Assembly (NCBI GenBank): GCA_965246945.1
Contig: CBDFFW010000001.1
Location: forward strand, 1,455,500-1,519,499
Origin: Alphaproteobacteria bacterium
GTDB taxonomy: Bacteria > Pseudomonadota > Alphaproteobacteria > UBA11073
DNA: 64,000 nt
Reading direction: 5' to 3'
The notes beneath the pieces are model-generated. The model did not search any database. It saw only the letters and a list, made by a program, of their open reading frames with translations, and was not told where the DNA came from. Positions 9,285 to 19,618 of this stretch are shown in pieces (within the stretch, counting starts at the first letter, position 1; every line of letters begins with the position of its first letter). Made by a program: the position numbers and the translations under genes.

Positions 9285-10007
9285 GTGGCGAATCTAATTA
9301 TCACAATCATTGGTATTGCGTTGGTGGCTATCACAATACTGGTTGGTGCCTATTATGGCGGTCAAGCTTACAATGATTATACAATCAACACCAAAGCCAA
9401 TACGTTGATGAATGAGTTAGCTCAACTTTCAGCTGCAGCGAATTTATATATGGCAGATCATGCACAAACATTATTTGAACAAGGGCAAATCGGCACAGAT
9501 CTTTCCTCCTCTTTTGATACGAACTTGGCCAGTTATTATTCACAATTAAACACTATTTTTAATTCACCTGTTATCAGAACGCTTACTTTAGGTTGGAGCA
9601 GTGATCATCGCAATCAAAATCAATTGGCTTGTGCCAGTCCCACTATCCAGTATCACCGGGGTTTATGTACGGGTTATAATACCACACATAATTATGTCAT
9701 TTTCACTGCTGGCAAAATGACAGCTTGTACAAGTGGAAATTTGGCCGCTTCGGTTACGTTTGATGCCAGTGACGAATTGGTTAAAATGTGCCAAAAGATT
9801 AATAAAAATGTGCTAATTCCCAGTACACTAACCATTGATCCCACCACACAATTGCCGATAGAGCCAACCAATAATTTCGGCGGCGCAACCATGGCCACCA
9901 ACTATCTTCCTTTCTGCCAAGGTGCAGGCTACACGGATATCGCTTTGGCAAATGGCTGTTTAATTAGTTTCGATTTCAAACAAATCGGCATATTTTATAA
10001 TAAATAA
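9285..10007 (+). CDS. Leaderless type IV pilin-like protein, paralog 2
   Basis: Colinear with paralog 1 (SPTIQYHRGLCT, NYVIFTAGKMTAC, KMCQKINKNV, KQIGIFY). GTG start inferred from alignment. Confidence 0.65.
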   Translation: MANLIITIIGIALVAITILVGAYYGGQAYNDYTINTKANTLMNELAQLSAAANLYMADHAQTLFEQGQIGTDLSSSFDTNLASYYSQLNTIFNSPVIRTLTLGWSSDHRNQNQLACASPTIQYHRGLCTGYNTTHNYVIFTAGKMTACTSGNLAASVTFDASDELVKMCQKINKNVLIPSTLTIDPTTQLPIEPTNNFGGATMATNYLPFCQGAGYTDIALANGCLISFDFKQIGIFYNK

Positions 10008-10042
10008 ACATACGAAATTTTAATTCATATGAATGATTTCAA

Positions 10043-10216
10043 TTAGCTTTGCTGGCTTAAATCAATGCGCGGGTCTATCCACATATAGGCAAGATCGCTG
10101 ATCAGATTAAGCATCAAGCAGATGAGCGTTGGCGGGAACCCGGCGATGACTAACATTATCGCATTGCGAATACATGGCCGTAAAGCGCAGAGGTCTGCCC
10201 GACCCCTTTGGCGCGC
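10043..10216 (-). pseudogene. Degenerate copy of the yejB 3' end
   Basis: Reads RAKG...LYGHV/RNAIMLVIAGFP-(deletion)[28 protein letters not shown]. A 23 nt stretch (10047-10069) is identical to 11051-11073. Confidence 0.9.
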
Positions 10217-10301
10217 AAACCGGCAGCTCACAGGAAATATTTAATCAGCTGATTATGTAGACAATTGATCGTTCATTATATATGTTTGAAAGCAATAGTT
10301 T

Positions 10302-11009
10302 TTATTTTGTAAAAGTCATATACAATGTTTGGTTTGCTCCTACATAACCTCCTGTAGAAATGTAACAATAGTTTTGGCCAGCTCCATCGAAATATTCAAC
10401 AGCATTATTGGCAGGGCAAGTTTGTGCCGAGCCTGTTCCATAAGGTATTCCGGTCGGTGAATAAGTTAAACCAGCTGGCAGGACTGTTCGCTTATTGATT
10501 TCCAAACACATTTGAACAAGCGGATGATTAATATTTGCCACTGAACTTAAATCCAAATGGCTTAGTCCGCATGAAGTATCTTTTGGAACAACCCAATATA
10601 ATATAGAATCTTTGCCATTAATTCGACAGTTTGTCCTTGCTATAGTGACTGGATAATTATCTAGAGAAGTAACAGTTGAACTATTTTGGCATGTCTCATG
10701 ACGTTGCATTCCTGCCCCTAAAGCGCTGCCCCCATTCCCTAAAGCAGGGAAAACTAATAATGGAACTCTTCCTGAAGTATATTGTGCAATGGCTGTCATA
10801 TCAGGACCAAAATCACTGAAACTGCTTTTGCCGTTATCAACCATATAACTTAAATTAGCTGCCATTAATTGACGTGATTGTTCAATTAAAATATTGGCAC
10901 GAATTTTATTTTGATTCGCTGTAAAATTATCACTGACGTAAGAAAGACCAAAAATTACTGTTATTGCTGCTAACGCGATACCTAAAATTGTTATAATTAG
11001 ATTACTCAC
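10302..11009 (-). CDS. Leaderless type IV pilin-like protein, divergent paralog 3
   Basis: SNLIITILGIALAAITV...ANILIEQSRQL...YMVDNG and VQMCLEINK. Six Cys in the same order as paralogs 1 and 2. Confidence 0.62.
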   Translation of the reverse strand: MSNLIITILGIALAAITVIFGLSYVSDNFTANQNKIRANILIEQSRQLMAANLSYMVDNGKSSFSDFGPDMTAIAQYTSGRVPLLVFPALGNGGSALGAGMQRHETCQNSSTVTSLDNYPVTIARTNCRINGKDSILYWVVPKDTSCGLSHLDLSSVANINHPLVQMCLEINKRTVLPAGLTYSPTGIPYGTGSAQTCPANNAVEYFDGAGQNYCYISTGGYVGANQTLYMTFTK

Positions 11010-11046
11010 AAGCAATTTTTAAACATTAAATTAAAAAATTCAATTG

Positions 11047-12141
11047 TTAACTTTGCTGGCTTAAATCAATGCGGGGGTCGACCCACATATAGGCGAGATC
11101 GCTGATTAAGTTGAGTAGCAGGCCAATCAAAGTAAACACATAAAGCGCACCAAAGACCACCGGGTAATCCCGGTTCATCGCGCTTTCAAAACCAAGTAAG
11201 CCAAGACCGTCAAGCGAGAAAATCACTTCGATCAGCAGTGCGCCGGTAAATAACATGCCGATCAAGGCTTGCGGGAAACCGGCAATCACCAGCAGCATCG
11301 CATTGCGAAACACATGGCCATATAACACCCGCTGTTCCCCCGCGCCTTTGGCACGTGCGGTCAGCACATATTGTTTGCCCAGCTCGTCCAGAAAACTGTT
11401 TTTGGTCAGCATGGTAAGCGAGGCGAAACCGCCCAGTACCATCGCCAGCACCGGCAACGCCATATGCCATAAATAATCGGCGATACGCGCGGGCCAGCTA
11501 AGCTCGTGCCAGTTGTCAGATACCAAACCGCGTAATGGAAACCAGCTGACAAATTCACCGCCTGCGAATAACACAATCAGTAACACGGCGAGCAAAAAAC
11601 TCGGGATGGCATGGAAAACGATGATTATAAAGCTACTCCAGATATCAAACGCCTCGCCATGGCCGATGGCTTTGCGGATACCTAAGGGAATGGAGACAAG
11701 ATAAACAATTAGCGTGGTCCATACGCCGAGTGAAATCGAGACCGGCAGTTTTTCGCCAATCAATCGCGCCACGCTAACCGAACGGAAATAACTTTTGCCC
11801 AAATCGAACCGCAAATATTGGCCGAGCATTTTAAGATACCGTTCCAGCGGTGGTTTATCGAAGCCAAAATCCTTTTCAATTTCTTTGATAATTTCGGGAT
11901 CAAGCCCTTGGGCGCCGCGATAACTGGCACTTTCGCCAATGCCAGGCTGAGCTTGTAAATCTTGCCCGCGTGAATTACCGCTGGCACGCTCAGTCGCATC
12001 GCCGCCATGATTTTGCAGTTTGGCGATCATTTGTTCGACTGGACCGCCAGGTGCCATTTGGATAATTACAAAATTTAATGTTAGGATACCCAGCAATGTG
12101 GGAATAATCAGCAATAACCGGCGGCAAATATAAGCGAACAT
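11047..12141 (-). CDS. yejB: Peptide ABC transporter permease, YejB type
   Basis: [48 protein letters not shown]. Confidence 0.92.
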   Translation of the reverse strand: MFAYICRRLLLIIPTLLGILTLNFVIIQMAPGGPVEQMIAKLQNHGGDATERASGNSRGQDLQAQPGIGESASYRGAQGLDPEIIKEIEKDFGFDKPPLERYLKMLGQYLRFDLGKSYFRSVSVARLIGEKLPVSISLGVWTTLIVYLVSIPLGIRKAIGHGEAFDIWSSFIIIVFHAIPSFLLAVLLIVLFAGGEFVSWFPLRGLVSDNWHELSWPARIADYLWHMALPVLAMVLGGFASLTMLTKNSFLDELGKQYVLTARAKGAGEQRVLYGHVFRNAMLLVIAGFPQALIGMLFTGALLIEVIFSLDGLGLLGFESAMNRDYPVVFGALYVFTLIGLLLNLISDLAYMWVDPRIDLSQQS

Positions 12142-12186
12142 CAAACCGGTTTATAAAATATTTTTACCAATCTGTCGCGCCCAAAT

Positions 12187-12864
12187 CTAGCGCAAGCGAA
12201 AGGCAAACAGCAGATTATTTAAGCTTGCTTTGGTGCAAGAATAAAGGCCCGCGCTATTGGCCACCATTTTATTCAACGGTACATACCCCGCGCCGGCAGT
12301 ATTAATATCGTTCGCCGCAAAAATAATTTTAGTATAGTCATTATTCACCTGCACCCGAATAATGCCATATTTGGTAACCAAAATATCGGTGCTGGCCATG
12401 GCGGTAATAAGATCTACGCAGCGGCTATAATCCAAATTGGTTACATAAAAGCCGTAATATGGCCCGCCAATCCCACGATCAAAAGTATTATTGGCAAAAG
12501 TTAGTGGGCGAATGGTGCTGTAAAGACCGGTGCTGACCAGGCCGTAAGGTGAAATAATGTCGGCAGTGCCATTTAGTTTTAATTCGGAGGGCACGACATC
12601 GCCCGCGGCAATTGCTTTATCTGTTCGATCATTCACATCACTGGTTTTGAAAATAGCGTTGCCTTCATTAAACTGGCTTAAATAATCTTTAAATTGCTGG
12701 CTGAATTTTTGAATAGCAAAAACCGTTTCCGTGGTACGCGCTTGGGCGGTCATTTTGCGTGCGCCGATTAAGACAGCGGCTATTAAACCAGCCACAACAA
12801 CCAATACTAGGCTTAACTCAATCAGCGTAAATCCGCGTTTTTGATGATTGCTGGCTGATAACAT
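12187..12864 (-). CDS. Type IV prepilin / pseudopilin
   Basis: Class III signal peptide QKRG^FTLIELSLVLVVVAG with E5. C-terminal Cys pair (RCVDL...YSCT), PilS-like. Confidence 0.85.
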   Translation of the reverse strand: MLSASNHQKRGFTLIELSLVLVVVAGLIAAVLIGARKMTAQARTTETVFAIQKFSQQFKDYLSQFNEGNAIFKTSDVNDRTDKAIAAGDVVPSELKLNGTADIISPYGLVSTGLYSTIRPLTFANNTFDRGIGGPYYGFYVTNLDYSRCVDLITAMASTDILVTKYGIIRVQVNNDYTKIIFAANDINTAGAGYVPLNKMVANSAGLYSCTKASLNNLLFAFRLR

Positions 12865-12882
12865 TAGGTATGATTAAACATT

Positions 12883-13605
12883 CTATTTAGGAGTTTGTAT
12901 ATGGGTCATGATGACAGTTGCGCCAACCATATTGGGATGGGTGCCATCTGGCGCGGTAATGGTGGCGGCAATGGCATTAATGACTTGGGGCTGAATAATG
13001 GTCGATTGTGATCTCGCCAAATCAATTTGAACATCCGTGTAGTCGATATAATATTTATTGCAGGTGGATCCGGTTACATCCGCGCATTTCAAACGCCCGA
13101 CACCGGTTTGATCCTGCAAGATAGCCCGCACATCAGCCGGTAAATTGATATCAACCTGGGAGATGGAACCAACGGCAGTGAAATTTCCAGCCTGCAAAGG
13201 TTTTTGTGGTGGCAAAAATGTAATTAAGTAAAAATCATTACTATCAGACGCTTTGGTAATCCATGACTGCCAGCCGCGCAAACTACCCGCCGTTTGCGGC
13301 AATAAAGATTGATAATCCGGCCAATAAGTGGCCATGGCGCCTTTTGCCGGGGATGGTTTGGTGGCATCATAAATTCGGTCATTAATCGGCTGCGTGCAAT
13401 AAGTGCTGCTATTCTGTGTGCAAGGCAGGTTGTTTGGCACTGTTGCATCATTGGCCACTTGCAGCATCGCAGCCTGATGCCAAATTACCATATTATTGGC
13501 ATAGGCTTCCGATTGAATATTCGCGCCATTGGCATTGGGTGCGTTAAATCCCCACACGCCAACCAAGGCGGCAAAAATCATCAAAACGGCAGCACCCAAA
13601 AACAT
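12883..13605 (-). CDS. Membrane-anchored protein, possible type IVb pilus PilM-like
   Basis: N-terminal TM segment then helix AYANNMVIWHQAAM. Two Cys pairs. Co-oriented 18 nt upstream of the prepilin. Confidence 0.45.
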   Translation of the reverse strand: MFLGAAVLMIFAALVGVWGFNAPNANGANIQSEAYANNMVIWHQAAMLQVANDATVPNNLPCTQNSSTYCTQPINDRIYDATKPSPAKGAMATYWPDYQSLLPQTAGSLRGWQSWITKASDSNDFYLITFLPPQKPLQAGNFTAVGSISQVDINLPADVRAILQDQTGVGRLKCADVTGSTCNKYYIDYTDVQIDLARSQSTIIQPQVINAIAATITAPDGTHPNMVGATVIMTHIQTPK

Positions 13606-13646
13606 TCATTTCAGTATGCCGCAGAAATAAGAATAAAATGTTAATA

Positions 13647-14552
13647 TTAAGGCAAATTTTTGATAATTATGGCGGCACGTATTGCAACTGCCTGCGCCGC
13701 TTGAAAAAAATAAATCGCTCGCGGATCGCTATCAAAAGCAGGATCGGTGGTATTAATCCGCGGCAATGGATCCAAAATAACGCAATTTTTAGGCAAATTT
13801 TCAGCAAATTTTAGGGTTACCAAAGGCACATCGAAATAATCAGCCGGTGGGTGATTAACACCCAAACGCTCTTTTTGGAGACGATTGATATATAATGCAT
13901 CAAGATCCAACAAATTCTGTTTTTGTGGCGGAAATGTGACGAAACTATCATAATGACTGCCATTTGTCGTGATTAAGGCATACTCTTCTTCAGGCAAAGC
14001 AAAGCCTGGGGGTGCATAGCCTTTAAATTTAACGCCAAAGCGGCTGCCTAGCCGGACCAATGAATGTATAGCACGACTGTGTTTCAAATCTCCTAACAAC
14101 CCTAAAGTTAATCCGTCTAACCGGCCGTAATGTTGCTGCAGGGTAAATAAGTCGATCAGCGCCTGGGTTGGATGTTCACCCGTCCCTTCACCAGCATTGA
14201 TAATTGGTTTATCGATTAATTTTTGTAAGCTCCGGCATAATCCCACATCTTTATGCCGGATAGCCATGCCATCCGCATAGCTGGCCATCATGCGCACTGT
14301 ATCTTCTAGGCTTTCGCCTTTTTCTAAGGAAGTGCCCTGGCCGCCGTTAAATCCTAAAATACTACCGCCCAGACGCTGCATCGCCGCCGCAAAGGAAAAA
14401 TAAGTGCGGGTCGATGGTTCAAAAAAAAGTAACGCCAAAATCTTACCCTGCATCCGATCGCGAAACGCGGTTGGATTCGCTTGGAAAGCCCTGGCAGTTG
14501 CAAAAATACGCTCCACCTGATCGGTGGAAAGGTCACTAACTGCAATTACCAT
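13647..14552 (-). CDS. pyrB: Aspartate carbamoyltransferase catalytic subunit
   Basis: FFEPSTRT, KGESLEDT, HPTQAL, GDLKHSR, RLQKER, PLPR. Confidence 0.9.
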   Translation of the reverse strand: MVIAVSDLSTDQVERIFATARAFQANPTAFRDRMQGKILALLFFEPSTRTYFSFAAAMQRLGGSILGFNGGQGTSLEKGESLEDTVRMMASYADGMAIRHKDVGLCRSLQKLIDKPIINAGEGTGEHPTQALIDLFTLQQHYGRLDGLTLGLLGDLKHSRAIHSLVRLGSRFGVKFKGYAPPGFALPEEEYALITTNGSHYDSFVTFPPQKQNLLDLDALYINRLQKERLGVNHPPADYFDVPLVTLKFAENLPKNCVILDPLPRINTTDPAFDSDPRAIYFFQAAQAVAIRAAIIIKNLP

Positions 14553-14657
14553 AAGCTTAGGAATTAGGCAGGTTTTATGTCATTTGCCAAGCGCTATTAA
14601 CCCGTCAGCGATTTTTGATTGCACGCGGGCGCGCAGCTGGTTAGGGATAAAACCAAG

Positions 14658-15206
14658 ATGCGGAGCACCAGCCAGATAGTTGACCGTTATGCCCAGGCGC
14701 TATTTGAATTAGCGAGTGAGCATAATGCCCTGTTCCACATTTATGGCCAAACCCAGGCATTGGCGGCCGCCCTGCAAGAAGATGCCACCCCATTACAAAT
14801 TCTGAATGATCCAACTTTGCCGCGCGATTTAAAATTGCGGGCAATTGCAACGCTGGGCCAGCAAAAACATTTTCATAGCTTACTAACGCAAACGCTGCAA
14901 ACCATGGTCCGCAAAAACCGGATCGGTATGGCAGAAGGCATGCTAACCCGTTTTAACGAATTATATGCCGCGCATGACGGCCAGCAAATCGCCGAAGTAA
15001 CCACGGCCCAACCGCTGACCGATGCACAGAAAAATCAAATTAAAGATACGCTGCGTCAAATTATCGGCAAACCTGCCCAATTGGTTGAAAAAGTGGATGA
15101 ACGCTTATTAGGTGGTGTTCGTATCCGTCTGGGTTCTTGGCTGATTGATGACAGCATCGCCGCCCGCCTCCGCCGCCTAGAACAACAATTGCTGAAAGCT
15201 GCATAA
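14658..15206 (+). CDS. atpH: ATP synthase F1 delta
   Basis: RYAQALFELA, AEVTTAQPL, VDERLLGGV...IDDSI. Confidence 0.92.
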   Translation: MRSTSQIVDRYAQALFELASEHNALFHIYGQTQALAAALQEDATPLQILNDPTLPRDLKLRAIATLGQQKHFHSLLTQTLQTMVRKNRIGMAEGMLTRFNELYAAHDGQQIAEVTTAQPLTDAQKNQIKDTLRQIIGKPAQLVEKVDERLLGGVRIRLGSWLIDDSIAARLRRLEQQLLKAA

Positions 15207-15257
15207 ATTTATTCCTTAGCCGTGGTAAAATTTTATCTGATCGCTTAAGCTCAGCAC

Positions 15258-15764
15258 ATGGATAATTTGCCGCCGGATGATCTGGTTGATGAACCAGAAA
15301 TTGATGATGAAGAAGCGGAAGAAATTGATGTTGCTTCGGTAATTGATGATTTACGGGCCATTCATACAGAATTGGATTATGAACTGCTGTTTGTAGAAAT
15401 AGCCGAAGATTATCTATTAGAAGCAACGGAAGAAGAATATCCCGAACGCATTGATCACCTGTTTGATCTGGCCGAGGATATTGAAGCAATCCATGCCATG
15501 GCGATTGAAGAATTTCACCGGCAATTTGCCGCTATTCACCCAGCGGTGACGTTGGCCCAAATTGCTGAAGCGGTTATCCCTATTGGCATGATTGTCCATT
15601 CCGATGGCGCCAGCGAGTTTTGGTTTGATTATTTCGCCCAATTGCAGCCAGAGCAAGCCATCGAAGAAGTGCTGGATTTCCCTAGCCACAAAATCTTACT
15701 GGAGCTGGATCCCGAAGGCGAATTTCTTTCACTTGATTTTGAGGAAGCCGAAACGCGGCATTAA
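15258..15764 (+). CDS. Highly acidic hypothetical protein
   Basis: 168 aa ORF filling the atpH-atpA gap. Very rich in D/E with very few Lys. Confidence 0.7.
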   Translation: MDNLPPDDLVDEPEIDDEEAEEIDVASVIDDLRAIHTELDYELLFVEIAEDYLLEATEEEYPERIDHLFDLAEDIEAIHAMAIEEFHRQFAAIHPAVTLAQIAEAVIPIGMIVHSDGASEFWFDYFAQLQPEQAIEEVLDFPSHKILLELDPEGEFLSLDFEEAETRH

Positions 15765-15803
15765 GCTTGACTTCAGCGCGGCGTTTTTGTTGTTAGAATA
15801 ACT

Positions 15804-17372
15804 ATGGAACTACGCGCTGCAGAAATCACCGCCATTTTAAAACAGGAAATCGCCAATTCAAATTTGGCACCTGAAGTCGCCGAAGTTGGCACTGTTGTCA
15901 AAGTGGGTGATGGTGTTGCCTCAGTACACGGCCTTGACCGCGCCATGGCGGGCGAGATGGTTGAGTTTGTGGGCGCTGACGGCCAAAGCGAACCCGTTAA
16001 AGGGATGATCCTGAATTTGGCGGCCGACACCGTCGGGATCGTGATTTTCGGCGATGAGCGGAATATTAAAGAAGGCGACATTGTGCGCCGCACGGGCGAG
16101 ATTGTCCGCGTGCCGACCGGCAAAGGTTTGTTGGGCCGTGTGGTCGATGGGTTAGGCAACCCAATTGATGAAAAAGGGCCGATTATGGCCAGCGAATATC
16201 GCAATGCCGAAGTAAAAGCACCTGGCATTATTCCGCGCCAATCAGTGCATGAGCCGATGAGTACCGGCATTAAAGCAATTGATGCCTTGGTGCCGATCGG
16301 CCGCGGTCAGCGGGAATTGATTATTGGCGACCGGCAAACCGGTAAAACCACGGTGGCGATTGATGCAATTATCAACCAAAAAGCCGTTAACCAAATGGGC
16401 GATGATAAAAAATCGATGTACTGTATTTATGTCGCCATTGGTCAAAAGCGCTCAACGGTCGCGCAAATTGTGAAAAAATTACAAGCAGCTGGCGCAATGG
16501 ATTATACGATTGTGGTGGCGGCCACCGCATCTGATTCTGCTCCAATGCAGTTTTTGGCACCCTATACTGCAGCCGCCATGGGTGAATATTTCCGTGATAA
16601 TGGTATGCACGCGCTGATTATTTACGATGATTTATCGAAGCATGCGGTGGCATACCGGCAGATGTCTCTCCTCCTGCGCCGTCCGCCAGGCCGTGAAGCT
16701 TATCCTGGAGATGTTTTCTACTTACATTCTCGCTTGCTGGAGCGCGCGGCCAAAATGAGCAAAGCCGAAGGTGGCGGTTCACTAACTGCGCTACCGATTA
16801 TTGAAACGCAAGCAGGTGATGTATCTGCCTATATTCCAACCAATGTTATTTCCATTACCGATGGTCAAATTTTCTTGGAAACCAATCTGTTTTACAAAGG
16901 CATCCGCCCAGCGATTAATGTGGGGATTTCCGTTTCACGGGTGGGTTCAGCAGCGCAAATTAAAGCAATGAAACAGGTGGCCGGCCGCATTAAATTAGAG
17001 TTGGCGCAATACCGCGAAATGGAAGCTTTCTCGCAATTCGCATCTGATCTTGATGCCTCAACCCAGCGTTTATTGGCGCGTGGTGCGCGGCTAACCGAAT
17101 TGCTAAAGCAAGCGCAATACAGCCCACTGAAAACCGAAGAACAGGTTTGTGTGTTGTTTGCCGGTGTGCGTGGTTATGTCGATGCCGTGCCGGTTAAAGA
17201 TGTGGTGCGTTATGAACAGGAATTTTTGCAATCTTTGCGCACGCGCGGTGCTTCCATTTTGGAAACCATTCGCACCGAAGGCGAGATGAGCAAAGCCATC
17301 GAAGGCAAACTGGTTTCTTATATTGAACAGTTTAACAAAGCCTTCCTCGGCGATGATCAACAAGCTGCATAA
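15804..17372 (+). CDS. atpA: ATP synthase F1 alpha
   Basis: [32 protein letters not shown]. Confidence 0.99.
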   Translation: MELRAAEITAILKQEIANSNLAPEVAEVGTVVKVGDGVASVHGLDRAMAGEMVEFVGADGQSEPVKGMILNLAADTVGIVIFGDERNIKEGDIVRRTGEIVRVPTGKGLLGRVVDGLGNPIDEKGPIMASEYRNAEVKAPGIIPRQSVHEPMSTGIKAIDALVPIGRGQRELIIGDRQTGKTTVAIDAIINQKAVNQMGDDKKSMYCIYVAIGQKRSTVAQIVKKLQAAGAMDYTIVVAATASDSAPMQFLAPYTAAAMGEYFRDNGMHALIIYDDLSKHAVAYRQMSLLLRRPPGREAYPGDVFYLHSRLLERAAKMSKAEGGGSLTALPIIETQAGDVSAYIPTNVISITDGQIFLETNLFYKGIRPAINVGISVSRVGSAAQIKAMKQVAGRIKLELAQYREMEAFSQFASDLDASTQRLLARGARLTELLKQAQYSPLKTEEQVCVLFAGVRGYVDAVPVKDVVRYEQEFLQSLRTRGASILETIRTEGEMSKAIEGKLVSYIEQFNKAFLGDDQQAA

Positions 17373-17388
17373 ACAAGAAGATTAAGAT

Positions 17389-18285
17389 ATGCCCAGTTTA
17401 AAGGATCTCCGTAACCGGATTGGTAGCGTGAAAAACACACGTAAAATCACGAGCGCCATGAAAATGGTCGCGGCGAGCAAATTGCGCCGGGCGCAGGAAC
17501 ATGCGCTGGCCGGTCAGCCTTATGCTGAAAATATGGCTAAAATGCTGGCACGTGCCAGCCAGGCAGCCATCGGCGAATTGGATTTTCCGCTTTTAAAAGG
17601 TACTGGTAATGATCAAACCTATTTATTAATTGTTATTACCAGCGACCGCGGTTTGGCAGGCGCATTTAATACTTATGCGGTGCGCGAAGCCCGTAAATTA
17701 ATTTTGAAACTGCAACGGACTGGCAAAACCGTTAAAATCATTACCGTGGGCCGCAAAGGCCAAGCCCTGCTGCGTCGTGAATTTCCGAATTTGCTAATCA
17801 ATCATTTTGAAGAATTGGCAAAACCGCGTTTGAATTTCGGCGCGGCTGAACGCGTAACCGAAACGGTATTGGATTTATTCAATACTGGCCAATTTGATGT
17901 GGCCATGGTGGTTTACAACCGTTTTCAATCGGTCATGACCCAAGTACCAACTTCCTGGCAAGTCATCCCCTTCACCGCGCCAGTTGGTAATGATAACAAA
18001 CAGGCCAAAACAGAAGAATTTAACGAGCGCAATTTGTATGATTTCGAGCCTAGCGCCAAAGAAATTTTAGCGGAATTATTACCGCGCAATCTTAGCATTC
18101 AAATTTACCGCGCCTTATTAGACAGCGCGGCAGGCGAACAAGCCGCGCGAATGACCGCAATGGATAACGCCACCCGCAATGCCAGCGAAATGATCAAGAA
18201 ACAAACTTTGGTTTATAACCGCGCCCGCCAGGCCTTTATTACCAAGGAATTGATTGAAATTATTTCCGGCGCTGAGGCGGTTTAA
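17389..18285 (+). CDS. atpG: ATP synthase F1 gamma
   Basis: [37 protein letters not shown]. Confidence 0.98.
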   Translation: MPSLKDLRNRIGSVKNTRKITSAMKMVAASKLRRAQEHALAGQPYAENMAKMLARASQAAIGELDFPLLKGTGNDQTYLLIVITSDRGLAGAFNTYAVREARKLILKLQRTGKTVKIITVGRKGQALLRREFPNLLINHFEELAKPRLNFGAAERVTETVLDLFNTGQFDVAMVVYNRFQSVMTQVPTSWQVIPFTAPVGNDNKQAKTEEFNERNLYDFEPSAKEILAELLPRNLSIQIYRALLDSAAGEQAARMTAMDNATRNASEMIKKQTLVYNRARQAFITKELIEIISGAEAV

Positions 18286-18288
18286 TTC

Positions 18289-18477
18289 ATGTGGGATGAA
18301 GAACGCCCGCGTCCGAAAGCGGATCATGCGTTTACGCCGCGTGATCTGACACCATTAAGCAAAGCAGAACTGCAGACTTATCAGCAATTTTGCCAAGATG
18401 AAATTATCCGTACTGCTGCCGAGCTTGAAAAACGGACAGATGCTGAAAATACAGCCGCTGGTTTATTTAAGAAATGA
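18289..18477 (+). CDS. DUF1192-like small protein
   Basis: DL-x-x-LS-x-x-EL...EI-x-R...A-x-x-LFK pattern. Confidence 0.7.
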   Translation: MWDEERPRPKADHAFTPRDLTPLSKAELQTYQQFCQDEIIRTAAELEKRTDAENTAAGLFKK

Positions 18478-18519
18478 TGGCTTTCCCAATCGGAGAAAAG
18501 CCGTTAAAAATTAGCTATT

Positions 18520-19478
18520 ATGCATAATAGCTTTTTGTCTGTGGTTCTAATCGCCGATGCCGAAAGTACACCAAGTAGTATTGCGCGCGATGTTCAAGGT
18601 GTCTTTAAACAAACCAGCCGTCAATTTAGCGAAAGCGAAATCATTGTTGTCCAAAATGGTATTTCCTATTCGTTGGCTGATGCCTTGGCGGCTTTACCAC
18701 ATGAAGTGCGCAATTTGGTGCAATTGGTGCAGTTAACCCGTCCGGTAAGCGAAAATATTGCAAGCCTGGCCGGTCTTGAACACAGCCGCGGCCAATGGAC
18801 CGTTTTTACTCACGCCTATTTATGCCAATCAACCTGGTTTAATTAATCAGCTTTACAATCAGGCCATTCAACAAAGTGCCGATATCGTTACGTTTAAGCC
18901 AGCACCTAATAATTTTTCTAATGCGGGCCATGCATTTGGTGAATAATGGTTTTGGCAAAGCGTTGCAGTGGTTAAGCGGGATTAATACTATCCCCTCTTT
19001 AACTGCAGATGGCATTTTTTCCAGCCGTGCAGTTAGCGGCTTGGCAAATTACCGTAATAAGGCGATGGACCTGCCCATGGTTTATGCGCAATTGGGTATG
19101 GCAGGTTCAATGCTACCAACTCAATCCTGGCCAGATTTAAATTGGCGCGCTGCGGTCGAAATATTCTTTACCAATTGGCGGCGGCTGCTGCGCGGCAATA
19201 TTCTGCGTTACCTCGTTTTGCTGCATAGTGCGCTGGTTTTTGCTTATGCTTGGTTAACCACCACTACTATGCCGTATATCGCGCCCTTATCTTACGGCGA
19301 GAATCCAAATGCCGAAGTGCTTAAAATGTTGCACACCCAAAATATTGTGCAAGCGTGGATTTGGTTTGCGCTGAGCCTGGGGCTGATTGGTTTATACCAA
19401 ATCTGGCGGCGCCTGCGGCAATTACCCGATGAAGCACCTTATACGGTGCAACGGCTCATGATCATGGCTCAAAAGTAA
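18520..19478 (+). pseudogene. Family 2 glycosyltransferase-like gene split by two frameshifts
   Basis: FLSVVL...EIIVVQNG...AGLEHSRGQW in one frame, PGLINQLY..SADIV in a second, and C-terminal TM helices in a third. The shifts fall near T runs at about 18805 and 18915. Could be an assembly error. Confidence 0.6.
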
Positions 19479-19618
19479 TTAGTTAACATCGGGGGTTATT
19501 TAACAATATTTTTACTAGCGAATTATGCTGATGGCATTTGAATAGGTCATTGGTTTCCCCACCGACTCGGCGCTACAAATACTTAAATGCGTAAACTAGC
19601 GAATAAGGCAGCATAAGA

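Noticed and set aside
10043-10231. 62 aa ORF as a real gene
   Set aside because: It is the frameshifted, internally deleted yejB relic.
8426-13605. Diversity-generating retroelement or shufflon acting on the pilins
   Set aside because: No reverse transcriptase, recombinase, adenine-specific TR/VR pair or repeated crossover sites seen.
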